Source: Clostridia bacterium (GTDB lineage Bacteria > Bacillota > Clostridia > Oscillospirales > UBA644). Taken from it: 64,000 nucleotides of DNA. A program made the position numbers and the translations under genes. The notes beneath the pieces were generated by a model that did no database searches, was not told where the DNA came from, and saw only the letters and a program-made list of their open reading frames with translations. The stretch is from the NCBI GenBank assembly GCA_017623475.1, contig JAGAPC010000009.1, positions 24,645 to 88,644 of the forward strand, read 5' to 3'. Shown piece after piece: positions 57,401 through 64,000 of the stretch (position 1 is the stretch's first letter; each line of letters starts with the position of its first letter).

Positions 57401-57739
57401 AACGTCCGTATCCAAAGAGATCAGATTCATCCCCTCATGCTCCAGGGTGTTCGTCCCCTTTACGACGAGGGTCAGGGATCCGTCTCTGCCCCGGATATTT
57501 TTCACGCCGGAAACGTTATCCAACGTCAACGTACCGGTGGAAGCGTCAAAGGTGATCTTCCCGGTTTTTGCAGAGTAGGTCGTGTTCGTTTCGTCCAGAA
57601 CGACGGTGTTATCGTCAGCGTCGATAATGGTAACCGACGACACGGTTAACACCGAATCCGCAGCCGTTCCGAGCGCAAAGGCAAACAGAACCACCACAGA
57701 CAGGACCACGGACAAAAGGATTGCAAAGGTCTTCTTCAT
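54404..57739 (-). CDS. 1111-aa secreted repeat-rich (probably beta-helical) surface protein with C-terminal TM anchor
   Basis: Signal peptide MKKTFAILLSVVLSVVVLFAFALGTAA. T/V/N/G/S-rich short beta-strand periodicity. Two similar module heads (..TGTLTLDNVSG..LTLVVKGTNTL.. and ..TATVTLNNMNGS..VTYVLKGENVI..). C-terminus VLAFVIPALALVAAAATVAVILWKKKLSR. AAGGAG SD. Confidence 0.8.
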   Translation of the reverse strand: MKKTFAILLSVVLSVVVLFAFALGTAADSVLTVSSVTIIDADDNTVVLDETNTTYSAKTGKITFDASTGTLTLDNVSGVKNIRGRDGSLTLVVKGTNTLEHEGMNLISLDTDVDDTGAPVDPSHITNITVKGDGVLNVKGHNYLLMSRSGSIKVTDRVTLNLEANNPTGFTDVIHVASGGKDIVFSGKAAVNASVNGTTCFRNAGNGSIILRNDAQVSATLTGTEVVSRTVFSSRKFKMFDGSLSVTMDAEGLPHNITSGSTYTCTAISVSGTADVSATAEFLGGNVDIDLVGTVNQKAAFSAVSVKTTDSVTFKNTKLDVVIDYPGNSDNVTGVVNLVDVSALTVTNSKMNFSANKNVALFSVSQVGDTKENAVFKMDFNNTILTGECYRMVYCPSFNEAKPPFVSAINLDFDKSNVANLALAGGVLHSYAKAITTVTTNAKYLTGADFTSGVALITGDPESKVMTITVTPPKGANITLNAGKRTLNETDAKYLGVPADSIVYDPVTATVTLNNMNGSVNRLWASGSVTYVLKGENVITMKPDLGKYYAFGSSEDTTIAGDGTLTISGGMCTIVSKNRLVIEDDAKVKVISNKNADGDYAIHLTGDEDNSLIVRGNALLDVLAGESGIFLAGAQPYLQITENAKVTVAPIEDSFAGQAIYLCPDIDNKTGSQDAVLEVSGNASLKIDKGAGVGVEFAFVASEKVKDEEGNITETPAIQKTTAVNAVFEILDNAVVDIAASNQGVFFNVKGNTDSALFLIQDKAAAKFASIDPTSETTRGAAVEMYSTNNVVTMNTTGKVEMSSNAGGDRGTFFIRGTDYDVLVKDTVLNVTNVSTSKVSPGGDIACAINFDGKGDGKFVVAGKAVLTAKAEKNGTDKDNRAYGIFLNSDHTMTIQDNAWVNASSGGDSKVSLGAAIHLKKASVVVCDNGKLVARATGTSVAGIMFEGDSLLTVKENGKASISGEGEGVAGVRSYNRTAKGSIDVTDGSGAVEISGDPAFNVKLKKITVTASLIKAGENKKNAQEAKDVSGSEAYVFLSANAKVVQMPSMGSPMSLGEVQEFQGMGNNESMDLIPGQSSTPSVLAFVIPALALVAAAATVAVILWKKKLSR

Positions 57740-57881
57740 GGTATTTCTCCTTAAACCATTTGAGGGGCATTACCCCATAATATATATTTATTTTAACAGA
57801 TAGTAAGCGATTTTGCAATAGGCTTTTTAAAAAGTTTCCATTATTGTCACTATTTGTTGCGATTTTGCGCCTTAAATAAAA

Positions 57882-57913
57882 GAATGGGGAAATGCAAATG
57901 CACTTCCCCATTC
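57882..57913 (-). terminator. fucO terminator
   Basis: GAATGGGGAA pairs with TTCCCCATTC, with a T-rich tail on the minus strand. Confidence 0.75.
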
Positions 57914-57934
57914 GGAGTTTATTCGGAAGAAGAA

Positions 57935-59083
57935 TTACAGAAGAGATTCGTAGAGCGCCTTGATTTCGGCGACGGAGGTCTCTCTGGGGTTTCCGGGACG
58001 GCAAGCGTCGTCGTAAGCGGATTGCGCCAGGAAGTCCAGATCTTCCGGTTTTACGATTTCCTTCAGATCAGCGGGGATTCCCACGTCGGCAGACAACTGA
58101 CGGACGGCGTCAACGGCAGCCTTGCGCGCTTCCTCAATCGTCATGGCGTCGGTGCCTGCAACGCCCATCGCACGGGCGATATCGCGGTATTTTTCTCCGG
58201 TGGCTTCCGCGTTATATTCCATAACGGTGGGAAGGATGATTGCGTTGGCAACGCCGTGGGGGGTATCGTACAGAGCGCCCAGGGGGTGAGCCATCGAGTG
58301 AACGATCCCGAGACCGACGTTGGAGAAGCCCATGCCGGCAACGTATTGACCGAGCGCCATATCGGCACGGCCTTCGGGGGTATTGTTCACGGCGCCGCGC
58401 AGAGAACGGGCGATGATTTCAATGGCTTTGATATGGAACATATCGGACAGCTCCCAAGCGCCGCCGGTAATGTAACCTTCGATGGCGTGGGTCAGAGCGT
58501 CCATACCGGTGGCGGCGGTCAGACCCTTGGGCATGGAAGCCATCATGTCGGGATCGACGACGGCAACCACGGGGATATCGTGGGGGTCAACGCAGACCAT
58601 CTTGCGGTTGTTTTGAGCATCGGTAATAACGTAGTTGATGGTAACCTCAGCGGCAGTCCCTGCGGTGGTGGGGACGGCGATGATGGGAACGCACTTATTC
58701 TTGGTATCCGCAACGCCTTCCAGAGAACGGACGTCGGCAAATTCGGGGTTGTTGATGATAATACCGATCGCCTTTGCGGTGTCCATGGAAGAGCCGCCGC
58801 CGATGGCTACGATGTAATCGGTCCCGGCAGCCTTATAAGCGGCAACGCCGTTTTGGACGTTTTCGATGGTGGGGTTGGGTTTGATGTCGGAAAAGATCTC
58901 GTAGGCAAGTCCGTTCTTATTCAGGACGTCGAGAACCTTTTGGGTAACGCCGAACTTGATCAGATCGGGGTCGGAGCAAACGAGGGCTTTTTTAAAGCCG
59001 CGTCCAATGGCTTCGGAAGCGATTGCCTCAATCGCACCGGATCCGTGGTACGAAATTTCGTTGAGAATGAAACGGTTGGACAT
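57935..59083 (-). CDS. fucO: lactaldehyde reductase / L-1,2-propanediol oxidoreductase (iron-containing ADH)
   Basis: Near-colinear with my memory of E. coli FucO: NPEFADVRSLEG, PTTAGTAAEVTINYVITD, VCVDPHDIP, ALTHAIEGYIT, GQYVAGMGFSNVGLG, TPHGVANAI and GEKYRDIAR. Confidence 0.85.
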   Translation of the reverse strand: MSNRFILNEISYHGSGAIEAIASEAIGRGFKKALVCSDPDLIKFGVTQKVLDVLNKNGLAYEIFSDIKPNPTIENVQNGVAAYKAAGTDYIVAIGGGSSMDTAKAIGIIINNPEFADVRSLEGVADTKNKCVPIIAVPTTAGTAAEVTINYVITDAQNNRKMVCVDPHDIPVVAVVDPDMMASMPKGLTAATGMDALTHAIEGYITGGAWELSDMFHIKAIEIIARSLRGAVNNTPEGRADMALGQYVAGMGFSNVGLGIVHSMAHPLGALYDTPHGVANAIILPTVMEYNAEATGEKYRDIARAMGVAGTDAMTIEEARKAAVDAVRQLSADVGIPADLKEIVKPEDLDFLAQSAYDDACRPGNPRETSVAEIKALYESLL

Positions 59084-59241
59084 AACGAACTCTCCTTTAT
59101 GTTCCGGGCGAAAGCCGTCCGGTTATTTTTACAACTTTATTATAGCACATTCCACGGGAAAAAGAAAGGAAGAAATTTTGAACTTTTTGTTCCGAGCCCC
59201 GTTCGGAGGGAAAAACGGGGCAAATCCCATCTCCCCTGCCC

Positions 59242-59270
59242 TTGACAAAAAAGGAATGGTGTGGTAAGAT
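59242..59270 (+). promoter_or_regulatory. pepF promoter
   Basis: TTGACA (59242-59247), 17 nt, TAAGAT (59265-59270). Confidence 0.55.
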
Positions 59271-59317
59271 ATGGTAAGAATAAACTAAAAAGAACTTTCT
59301 GCAGGAGGGTATTCGAT

Positions 59318-61096
59318 ATGAAATTAAGAAACGAAATCGACAAGGCTCTGACCTGGGATCTGACGCAGATTTTTGCCGACGACAACGCCTGGGAAGAGGC
59401 TTACAAGCAAGCCGCCGCGACGGTGGAAACCATTCCGGCGATCAAGGGAACTTTGGGGAAATCCGCCGCCGATCTGAAAAAGGGTCTGGACGTTCTTTAC
59501 GACGCCATGCACAAAGCGGAATTGGTGTACGTTTACACCATGCTTCGGAAAAGTCTGGACAACGGCGACGCAAAATCCCAGGAAATGAGTGGCAGAGCCA
59601 TGATGCTTTTCACCAAGCTTTCCGCCGCCGCTTCCTTTTTAGAGCCGGAAATTCTGTCCATTGACGGAGACGTTCTTGCGGGCTATCTGGCCGATCCCTG
59701 CCTTGCGGGATATAAGCATATCGTGGAAGATATCGACCGTGCCAGACCTCACACTCTGGACGAAGAAAAGGAAAAAATGCTGGCGCTTTTGTCCGAGGTT
59801 TCGTCCGCCGCCGACGAGCCCTTCGATATGTTTGAAAGCGTGGATATGGCCTTCCCCACCATTAAAAATGAAAAGGGAGAGGAAGTTCAGCTGTCCCACG
59901 GATCCTTCGGCGCGTATCGGGAAAGCAGCGATCGGAACGTCCGCAAGGAAGCCTTTGAAAAATACTTTGGCGAATTCAACAAATATATCAACACCCTTTC
60001 CGCGATCTACGGAAACTCGGTAAAATTCGACAACTACTACACCAAGGTTCGGGGGTATGAAACGGCGTGCCATCGGGCGTTGTTCGCCTCGAACGTCCCG
60101 GTTTCGGTTTACGACAATCTGGTAAATTCTCTCCACAATTCCCTGCCCATTATGAAGCGGTATTTGGAATTGCGGAAAAAGGTTCTGGGCTTGGACGAGC
60201 TGCATATGTACGATCTGTACTGCCCCATCGTTGCCGAATGTGACAGCAAGACCACCTTTGAAGAAGCCAAGCAAATGGTCAAAGAGGCTTGCGCGCCTTT
60301 GGGTCAGCGGTATTTGGATCTGTTGGATCGGGCGTATAACGAACGTTGGATCGACGTTTACGAAACCAAAGGCAAAACCACCGGCGCATATTCTTGCGGC
60401 GTTTATGACGTTCACCCCTACGTGCTTCTGAATTATTCGGAGACCTTTGACGACGCCTTTACCCTGGCGCACGAATTGGGTCACGCCATGCACTCCTACT
60501 TCTCCAGCGAAAAGCAAGATTATGCAAATCACGATTATAAGATCTTTGTTGCAGAAGTGGCTTCCACCGTCAACGAAGTTCTGATGACCCGTCATTTGTT
60601 GGCGACCGAAACCGATCCGGCGAAGAAAGCATATCTTTTGAATCACTTCCTGGAAGGATTCCGTACCACCGTGTTCCGTCAGACTTTGTTTGCAGAATTT
60701 GAACGGAAAGCCCACGACCTGAATCAACAGGGCGTTCCTTTGACGGCGCAGACGCTGAACAAGGTCTATCGGGAGCTGAACGAGCTGTACTACGACGGGG
60801 CCGTGGTGGATGAATTGCAGGACATCGAATGGGCAAGAATTCCCCACTTCTACCGGGCGTTTTACGTGTATCAGTACGCCACCGCCTTCTGTGCGTCGGT
60901 CTCCATCGTGAGCAATATTTTAGAAACGGGCGACGCCTCCAAATACCTGGAATTTTTGGCAACGGGCGGCAGCGACTACCCCATCAACGAGCTGAAGATT
61001 GCCGGTATCGACATGACCGATCCTGCGGTGGTCAACAACGCCATGAAGGAAATGGACAAAGCCCTGACCGAATTGGAAGGATTGCTTCTGAAATAA
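59318..61096 (+). CDS. pepF: oligoendopeptidase F (M3B)
   Basis: HELGHAMH zinc motif. About 590 aa. ATG 59318 follows AGGAGGG. Confidence 0.9.
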   Translation: MKLRNEIDKALTWDLTQIFADDNAWEEAYKQAAATVETIPAIKGTLGKSAADLKKGLDVLYDAMHKAELVYVYTMLRKSLDNGDAKSQEMSGRAMMLFTKLSAAASFLEPEILSIDGDVLAGYLADPCLAGYKHIVEDIDRARPHTLDEEKEKMLALLSEVSSAADEPFDMFESVDMAFPTIKNEKGEEVQLSHGSFGAYRESSDRNVRKEAFEKYFGEFNKYINTLSAIYGNSVKFDNYYTKVRGYETACHRALFASNVPVSVYDNLVNSLHNSLPIMKRYLELRKKVLGLDELHMYDLYCPIVAECDSKTTFEEAKQMVKEACAPLGQRYLDLLDRAYNERWIDVYETKGKTTGAYSCGVYDVHPYVLLNYSETFDDAFTLAHELGHAMHSYFSSEKQDYANHDYKIFVAEVASTVNEVLMTRHLLATETDPAKKAYLLNHFLEGFRTTVFRQTLFAEFERKAHDLNQQGVPLTAQTLNKVYRELNELYYDGAVVDELQDIEWARIPHFYRAFYVYQYATAFCASVSIVSNILETGDASKYLEFLATGGSDYPINELKIAGIDMTDPAVVNNAMKEMDKALTELEGLLLK

Positions 61097-61112
61097 GAAC
61101 AACGGACGTACG

Positions 61113-61145
61113 GGGGAGAGATTCGTCTCTCCCTCGTTCCTTTTA
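61113..61145 (+). terminator. pepF terminator
   Basis: GGGAGAGA-TTCG-TCTCTCCC, then a T-rich tail. Confidence 0.75.
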
Positions 61146-61177
61146 AAAAAGTTTGCAATTTTTTCCCTGATACCCTA

Positions 61178-61206
61178 TTGCATTTTTTGAAAAACTGTGA
61201 TATAAT
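61178..61206 (+). promoter_or_regulatory. tRNA-Pro promoter
   Basis: TTGCAT (61178-61183), 17 nt ending in TGTGA, TATAAT (61201-61206). Confidence 0.6.
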
Positions 61207-61224
61207 ACTTTGGTAACTGAAAAC

Positions 61225-61300
61225 CGGGGTGTAGCGCAGCTGGTAGCGCGCTTGGTTCGGGACCAAGAGGCCGGGCGTTCAAGTCGCCTCACTCCGACCA
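61225..61300 (+). tRNA. tRNA-Pro (anticodon CGG), CCA encoded
   Basis: Acceptor stem CGGGGTG/CACTCCG. D-arm GCGCAGCTGGTAGCGC. Anticodon stem CTTGG/CCAAG with loop TTCGGGA. T-arm GGGCGTTCAAGTCGCCT. Ends ACCA. Confidence 0.9.
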
Positions 61301-61310
61301 GACAAAAAAA

Positions 61311-61350
61311 GAAAACCGCGTTGTGAATTTGCACGGCGCGGTTTCTTTTT
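61311..61350 (+). terminator. tRNA terminator
   Basis: AAACCGCG (61313-61320) pairs with CGCGGTTT (61337-61344), then CTTTTT. Confidence 0.8.
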
Positions 61351-61391
61351 GTCCTAACTGATACGATATATAGCATTTTTTTAGTAGGGAG

Positions 61392-61634
61392 TTATTTGAC
61401 TTCTTGCTCCAAGTCCGAGAACAACGGATCCGAGAAAAATTCCGGAATCGATATTTCCAATCCATCACATATCTTTTTTACGGTGGAAACCGTCGTGCTG
61501 TTGTTTCTTCCGCCGACGATATTACTCAACGTGGATTGTGTAATTCCGCACAAAGTTGAAAGCTTATTAACCGTAATATTTCTCTCTTGACAAAGTTTTA
61601 GAATTCGCATTCTTACTGCTTCACCGATATTCAT
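61392..61634 (-). CDS. XRE-family (Cro/C1-type) HTH transcriptional regulator, 80 aa
   Basis: RMRILKLCQERNITVNKLSTLCGITQSTLSNIVGGRNNSTTVSTVKKICDGLEISIPEFF. AAGGAG SD. Confidence 0.85.
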   Translation of the reverse strand: MNIGEAVRMRILKLCQERNITVNKLSTLCGITQSTLSNIVGGRNNSTTVSTVKKICDGLEISIPEFFSDPLFSDLEQEVK

Positions 61635-61650
61635 AACCCCACTCCTTCAA

Positions 61651-61660
61651 CTCTTTTGAG
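61651..61660. repeat. operator-like motif CTCTTTTGAG, copy 1
   Basis: Identical to copy 2. Lies immediately downstream of the -10 (TATTAT, 61666-61661) of the XRE promoter, whose -35 TTGACA is at 61688-61683. Confidence 0.7.
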
Positions 61661-61698
61661 ATAATACTATTGTATCGTAAAATGTCAAAAATAGTTAC

Positions 61699-61708
61699 CT
61701 CTTTTGAG
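61699..61708. repeat. operator-like motif CTCTTTTGAG, copy 2
   Basis: Directly abuts the -35 TTGACT (61709-61714) of the PH-gene promoter. Confidence 0.7.
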
Positions 61709-61737
61709 TTGACTTTTGTCTTTTTTTGTGGTATAAT
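61709..61737 (+). promoter_or_regulatory. promoter of the PH-domain gene
   Basis: TTGACT, 17 nt ending in TGTGG, TATAAT (61732-61737). Confidence 0.65.
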
Positions 61738-61784
61738 ACAAACATGGCACCATCAAGCCAAAAAAAAGAAAGGAAGATTAAGTT

Positions 61785-62162
61785 ATGTTAGACTTTGGAA
61801 AAGGGAAATTTCACAAATATCGTTTGAGCAAAGTTGATTTTGCAAAATACAAGGATGCAGTCTCACCTATCCTCACAGAAAAAGAAGAAATTCTTTCTAC
61901 CTTTGAAGCCGGAAGAGACGGCGTTGTATTTACAACAAAGCGACTGATTACTGTTGATAACGAAAACCACAAAAAAACAGACATTACCTCGATTCCATAT
62001 TCTTCTATTGATGTTTTCTCTGTAGAAAACGCAGGTTGGATGGACAGAGATGCAGAGCTTGACATTTTCATCAAAGGAATTGGAGAATACACCTTTGAAT
62101 TTGATCGTGACGCATCTATGGCAACAATTTGCAAATACATATCGATCGCAAAATTTGATTGA
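61785..62162 (+). CDS. bacterial PH-domain (YokE/bPH_2-like) protein, 125 aa
   Basis: ..EEILSTFEAGRDGVVFTTKRLITVDN..TSIPYSSIDVFSVENAG..DAELDIFIKGIGEYTFEF. follows the beta-strand pattern of bPH domains. The family assignment is from memory. Confidence 0.65.
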   Translation: MLDFGKGKFHKYRLSKVDFAKYKDAVSPILTEKEEILSTFEAGRDGVVFTTKRLITVDNENHKKTDITSIPYSSIDVFSVENAGWMDRDAELDIFIKGIGEYTFEFDRDASMATICKYISIAKFD

Positions 62163-62177
62163 TCTCTATTAAAGTTT

Positions 62178-62212
62178 AAGCCCGCTTCAAATATTTTTGA
62201 AGCGGGCTTTTT
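62178..62212. terminator. bidirectional terminator (PH gene / CotF-like gene)
   Basis: GCCCGCTTCAAA pairs with TTTGAAGCGGGC (12 bp), then TTTTT. Confidence 0.85.
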
Positions 62213-62222
62213 AGTTTAAAAA

Positions 62223-62681
62223 TCAAGAAGCGCAGTACATACCGTTGACCGACATATAGTCGTACAGCATTTTGCCGTGGTCCTGTTCTTCTTTTTGAAT
62301 GTGGTTGAGAACCTTGCGAACGTTTTCGTCGGAAAATTCGAAAACGCAGGTGTCGTACATATGGGACGCGTGCTTTTCGATGGCAAGGGCGTCGGAGCAA
62401 AGATACTTATCGTTCTTCATTTCCGGCGTCTGACCGGTGTAAGTGGCGGTAAAGGTGGGCATGGTCTTGCTCCCTCCTGCCATAGACGGAACGGTGCCGG
62501 AGCAGATCTGATTGAGCGTATCCAAATGCTCACGTTCGGTCTGTGCCATTTGAGAGAACAGGTTTTTCAACTGGGCATCGGAAGCACATTCGGAATGTTT
62601 GGTGTACTTGTCGATGCAGAGTTGTTCCTGATCTTTCATGTCTTTGAGTAGGGTCGTTTCTTTTTGGGTCAGTTGTAACAT
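62223..62681 (-). CDS. spore coat protein F-like (Coat_F domain)
   Basis: LTQKETTLLKDMKDQEQLCIDKYTKHSECASDAQLKNLF..EREHLDTL..ALAIEKHASHMYDTCVFE..EEQDHGKMLYDYM. Confidence 0.75.
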   Translation of the reverse strand: MLQLTQKETTLLKDMKDQEQLCIDKYTKHSECASDAQLKNLFSQMAQTEREHLDTLNQICSGTVPSMAGGSKTMPTFTATYTGQTPEMKNDKYLCSDALAIEKHASHMYDTCVFEFSDENVRKVLNHIQKEEQDHGKMLYDYMSVNGMYCAS

Positions 62682-62771
62682 AATAAAATCACCTCACGGT
62701 CAGTATGCACCAATGACGGAAAACTTATTCCGAAACAGGAAAAGATTGTACAATTTTTTCTCGCTGCGTGC

Positions 62772-62800
62772 TTGACACGGCGGTATATTTATGATATAAT
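62772..62800 (+). promoter_or_regulatory. promoter of the 97-aa gene
   Basis: TTGACA (62772-62777), 17 nt, TATAAT (62795-62800). The track ORF start is the TTG of the -35 box. Confidence 0.6.
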
Positions 62801-62840
62801 AAATATAAATCAAGTTAAAATTTGGAACGGAGGCATAAAT

Positions 62841-63134
62841 ATGGCAGAGGAAACTTCCTTCCTGACCTATAAGGGACGTCCCCTGGTACGTTCCGGCAAC
62901 GTCATTTTTTACGGAAATCTGACCGACAAATACGTGGTCATGATGCAGATCTTAGGGGAAACGCCCGACGGCGATATCATGAAATCCACCAATATTTCCG
63001 TGGAATTGCAGAATAACGACCCCGAAGCGAAGCCCAACGAGAGAGTTATTCAGAAAACAGAGAAAAAATCCATGGCGGAAGCAATGGAGATCGGTACGAT
63101 CTGGCTGGACCGTGCCGAGGAAGAAGACGAATAA
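62841..63134 (+). CDS. hypothetical protein, 97 aa, acidic C-terminus
   Basis: ATG 62841 follows GGAGG. MAEETSFLTYKGRPLVRSGNVIFYGNL.. No recognisable motif. Confidence 0.6.
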   Translation: MAEETSFLTYKGRPLVRSGNVIFYGNLTDKYVVMMQILGETPDGDIMKSTNISVELQNNDPEAKPNERVIQKTEKKSMAEAMEIGTIWLDRAEEEDE

Positions 63135-63141
63135 AAACGAA

Positions 63142-63173
63142 AAGAAGAGTGTCCCCGAAGGTCCACTCTTCTT
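63142..63173 (+). terminator. terminator
   Basis: AAGAAGAGTG pairs with CACTCTTCTT. Confidence 0.7.
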
Positions 63174-63226
63174 TTGCCTATTCAAAAACGGAAAGAATAA
63201 AATTGAAGAATACGGAGAACATCATC

Positions 63227-64000
63227 ATGGAAGAACAGAAATTCATCGCCCACCCCGACGAGTATTTTCCCCTTGGCGTTTTGGCAATGCCCGGTGCTTT
63301 GGAGTTGAGCCAAAAGATCGACCATCACCTGACGAAATGGTATCACGACAAATATCCTCACTACAAGGATGACCCGGAAATGCGGGATTCCATGCTGATG
63401 GAGGTGGTCTGCCCCCGCTTTACCTCCGGGGACGGAAAAGCGGTGCTGAAGGAATCTGCCCGTGGCTACGACCTGTTTATCGTTGCGGATATGGGCAATT
63501 ATTCTTTGGAATACGAAATGTTCGGACGGAAGGTTCCCATGTCTCCCGACGATCATTTCCAGGATCTGAAGCGCGCCATTCAAGCCCTTTCCGGGAAGGC
63601 GTACCGTATTTCCGTAATTATGCCCACCCTGTACGGCGGACGTCAGCACAAGCGCTCCACGAGAGAATCCCTGGACTGCGCCGTAGCGCTGCAGGAGCTG
63701 GAAGCCATCGGCGTGAAGAATATCATTACCTTTGACGCCCACGATCCCCGGGTTCAGAACGCAACGCCCTTTATGGGATTTGACAACGTCATGCCCACCT
63801 ACCAGGTGCTGAAGGCTCTGCTGCGGAAGTACAAGGACCTGAACCTGGATAAGGATCATCTGATGGTGGTCTCCCCCGACGAGGGCGCGATGCAGAGAAA
63901 CATCTACTACGCTTCCGTTTTGGGCGTAGATTTGGGAATGTTCTACAAGCGCCGCGACTATTCCACCGTCGTCAACGGCAGAAACCCCATCGTGGCACAC
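63227..64000 (+). CDS. prs: ribose-phosphate diphosphokinase (PRPP synthetase family), first 258 codons; continues beyond the right edge
   Basis: Not in the ORF track because there is no stop in the window. My translation from ATG 63227 (GGAG upstream) reads MEEQKFIAHPDEYFPLGVLAMPG..ISVIMPTLYGGRQHKRSTRESL..ITFDAHDPRVQNA..LMVVSPDEGAMQR. There is no stop through 64000. Confidence 0.8.
   Translation, partial: MEEQKFIAHPDEYFPLGVLAMPGALELSQKIDHHLTKWYHDKYPHYKDDPEMRDSMLMEVVCPRFTSGDGKAVLKESARGYDLFIVADMGNYSLEYEMFGRKVPMSPDDHFQDLKRAIQALSGKAYRISVIMPTLYGGRQHKRSTRESLDCAVALQELEAIGVKNIITFDAHDPRVQNATPFMGFDNVMPTYQVLKALLRKYKDLNLDKDHLMVVSPDEGAMQRNIYYASVLGVDLGMFYKRRDYSTVVNGRNPIVAH

Noticed and set aside
54602-57649. 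551-aa and 398-aa plus-strand ORFs inside the giant surface-protein gene
   Set aside because: They are antisense to an ORF that has a signal peptide, SD and terminator. Their composition mirrors the T/V/N-rich sense protein. Shadow ORFs.
59196-59221. 8-bp GC hairpin GCCCCGTT/AACGGGGC between fucO and pepF promoters
   Set aside because: No U-tract on either strand and no associated ORF. Most likely an incidental palindrome or a minor protein-binding site, and not supportable as a feature.
61225-62215. Possible integrated mobile element at tRNA-Pro (integrase, att repeat)
   Set aside because: I looked for a recombinase gene and for a downstream copy of the tRNA 3' end (..CACTCCGACCA) and found neither. 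I report the locus only as a compositional islet, not as a mobile element.
63182-64000. 272-aa minus-strand ORF listed in the track at the right edge
   Set aside because: The plus strand carries an open frame from ATG 63227 with clear PRPP-synthetase sequence and an SD. The minus ORF is its shadow.
1-64000. CRISPR arrays, rRNA genes, transposases/IS ends, prophage genes, restriction-modification, toxin-antitoxin or other canonical defence operons
   Set aside because: I scanned all intergenic regions and the ORF list. There are no spaced direct repeats, no recombinase, terminase or capsid-like ORFs, and no nuclease or helicase clusters. The only tandem repeat is the 36-nt heptamer array at 904-939.

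Overview
This 64-kb window comes from the chromosome of a Clostridia-type Firmicute with G+C in the mid-50s %. The spore-former assignment is inferred from gene content only: a CotF-like gene, a SafA-like DUF3794/LysM gene, a DUF4363-DUF421 pair, a T-box leader, and yceD-rpmF and der-plsY synteny. I call 59 protein genes, one tRNA-Pro(CGG), one Ile T-box leader, about 20 intrinsic terminators or hairpins and a set of sigma70-like promoters. Two of the genes are edge-truncated and missing from the ORF track: a phosphohexomutase at 1..582(-) and a PRPP synthetase at 63227..64000(+). Most of the window is core housekeeping: murA, rlmH, rsmI, luxS, ileS, aroK, dinB, rpsO-pnp, plsY-der, rpmF-yceD, galK, ackA, tmcAL and pyrH-frr-uppS-cdsA-dxr-rseP-ispG. 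Accessory content has three parts. The first is scattered host-glycan genes: MFS+GH2, a GH106-like hydrolase, a GH35+DMT operon, a NahK-like kinase and fucO. The second is two large membrane-anchored surface proteins. The third is a small AT-rich islet next to tRNA-Pro. I see no CRISPR array, rRNA, transposase, integrase, prophage or canonical defence system, and I did not find a convincing complete novel multi-gene system. The most system-like unexplained loci are: (1) the AT-rich tRNA-Pro islet, with a divergent XRE repressor / bacterial-PH-domain gene pair and a duplicated 10-bp operator-like motif; (2) a translationally coupled membrane-protein/DinB/NahK-like kinase operon; (3) an orphan wHTH-WYL regulator behind ileS; (4) a PBP5-family protein with all three catalytic motifs degenerate; (5) an unclassified terminator-containing leader in front of a CNNM/CorC transporter gene. 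The many very long ORFs antisense to housekeeping genes are judged to be shadow ORFs.
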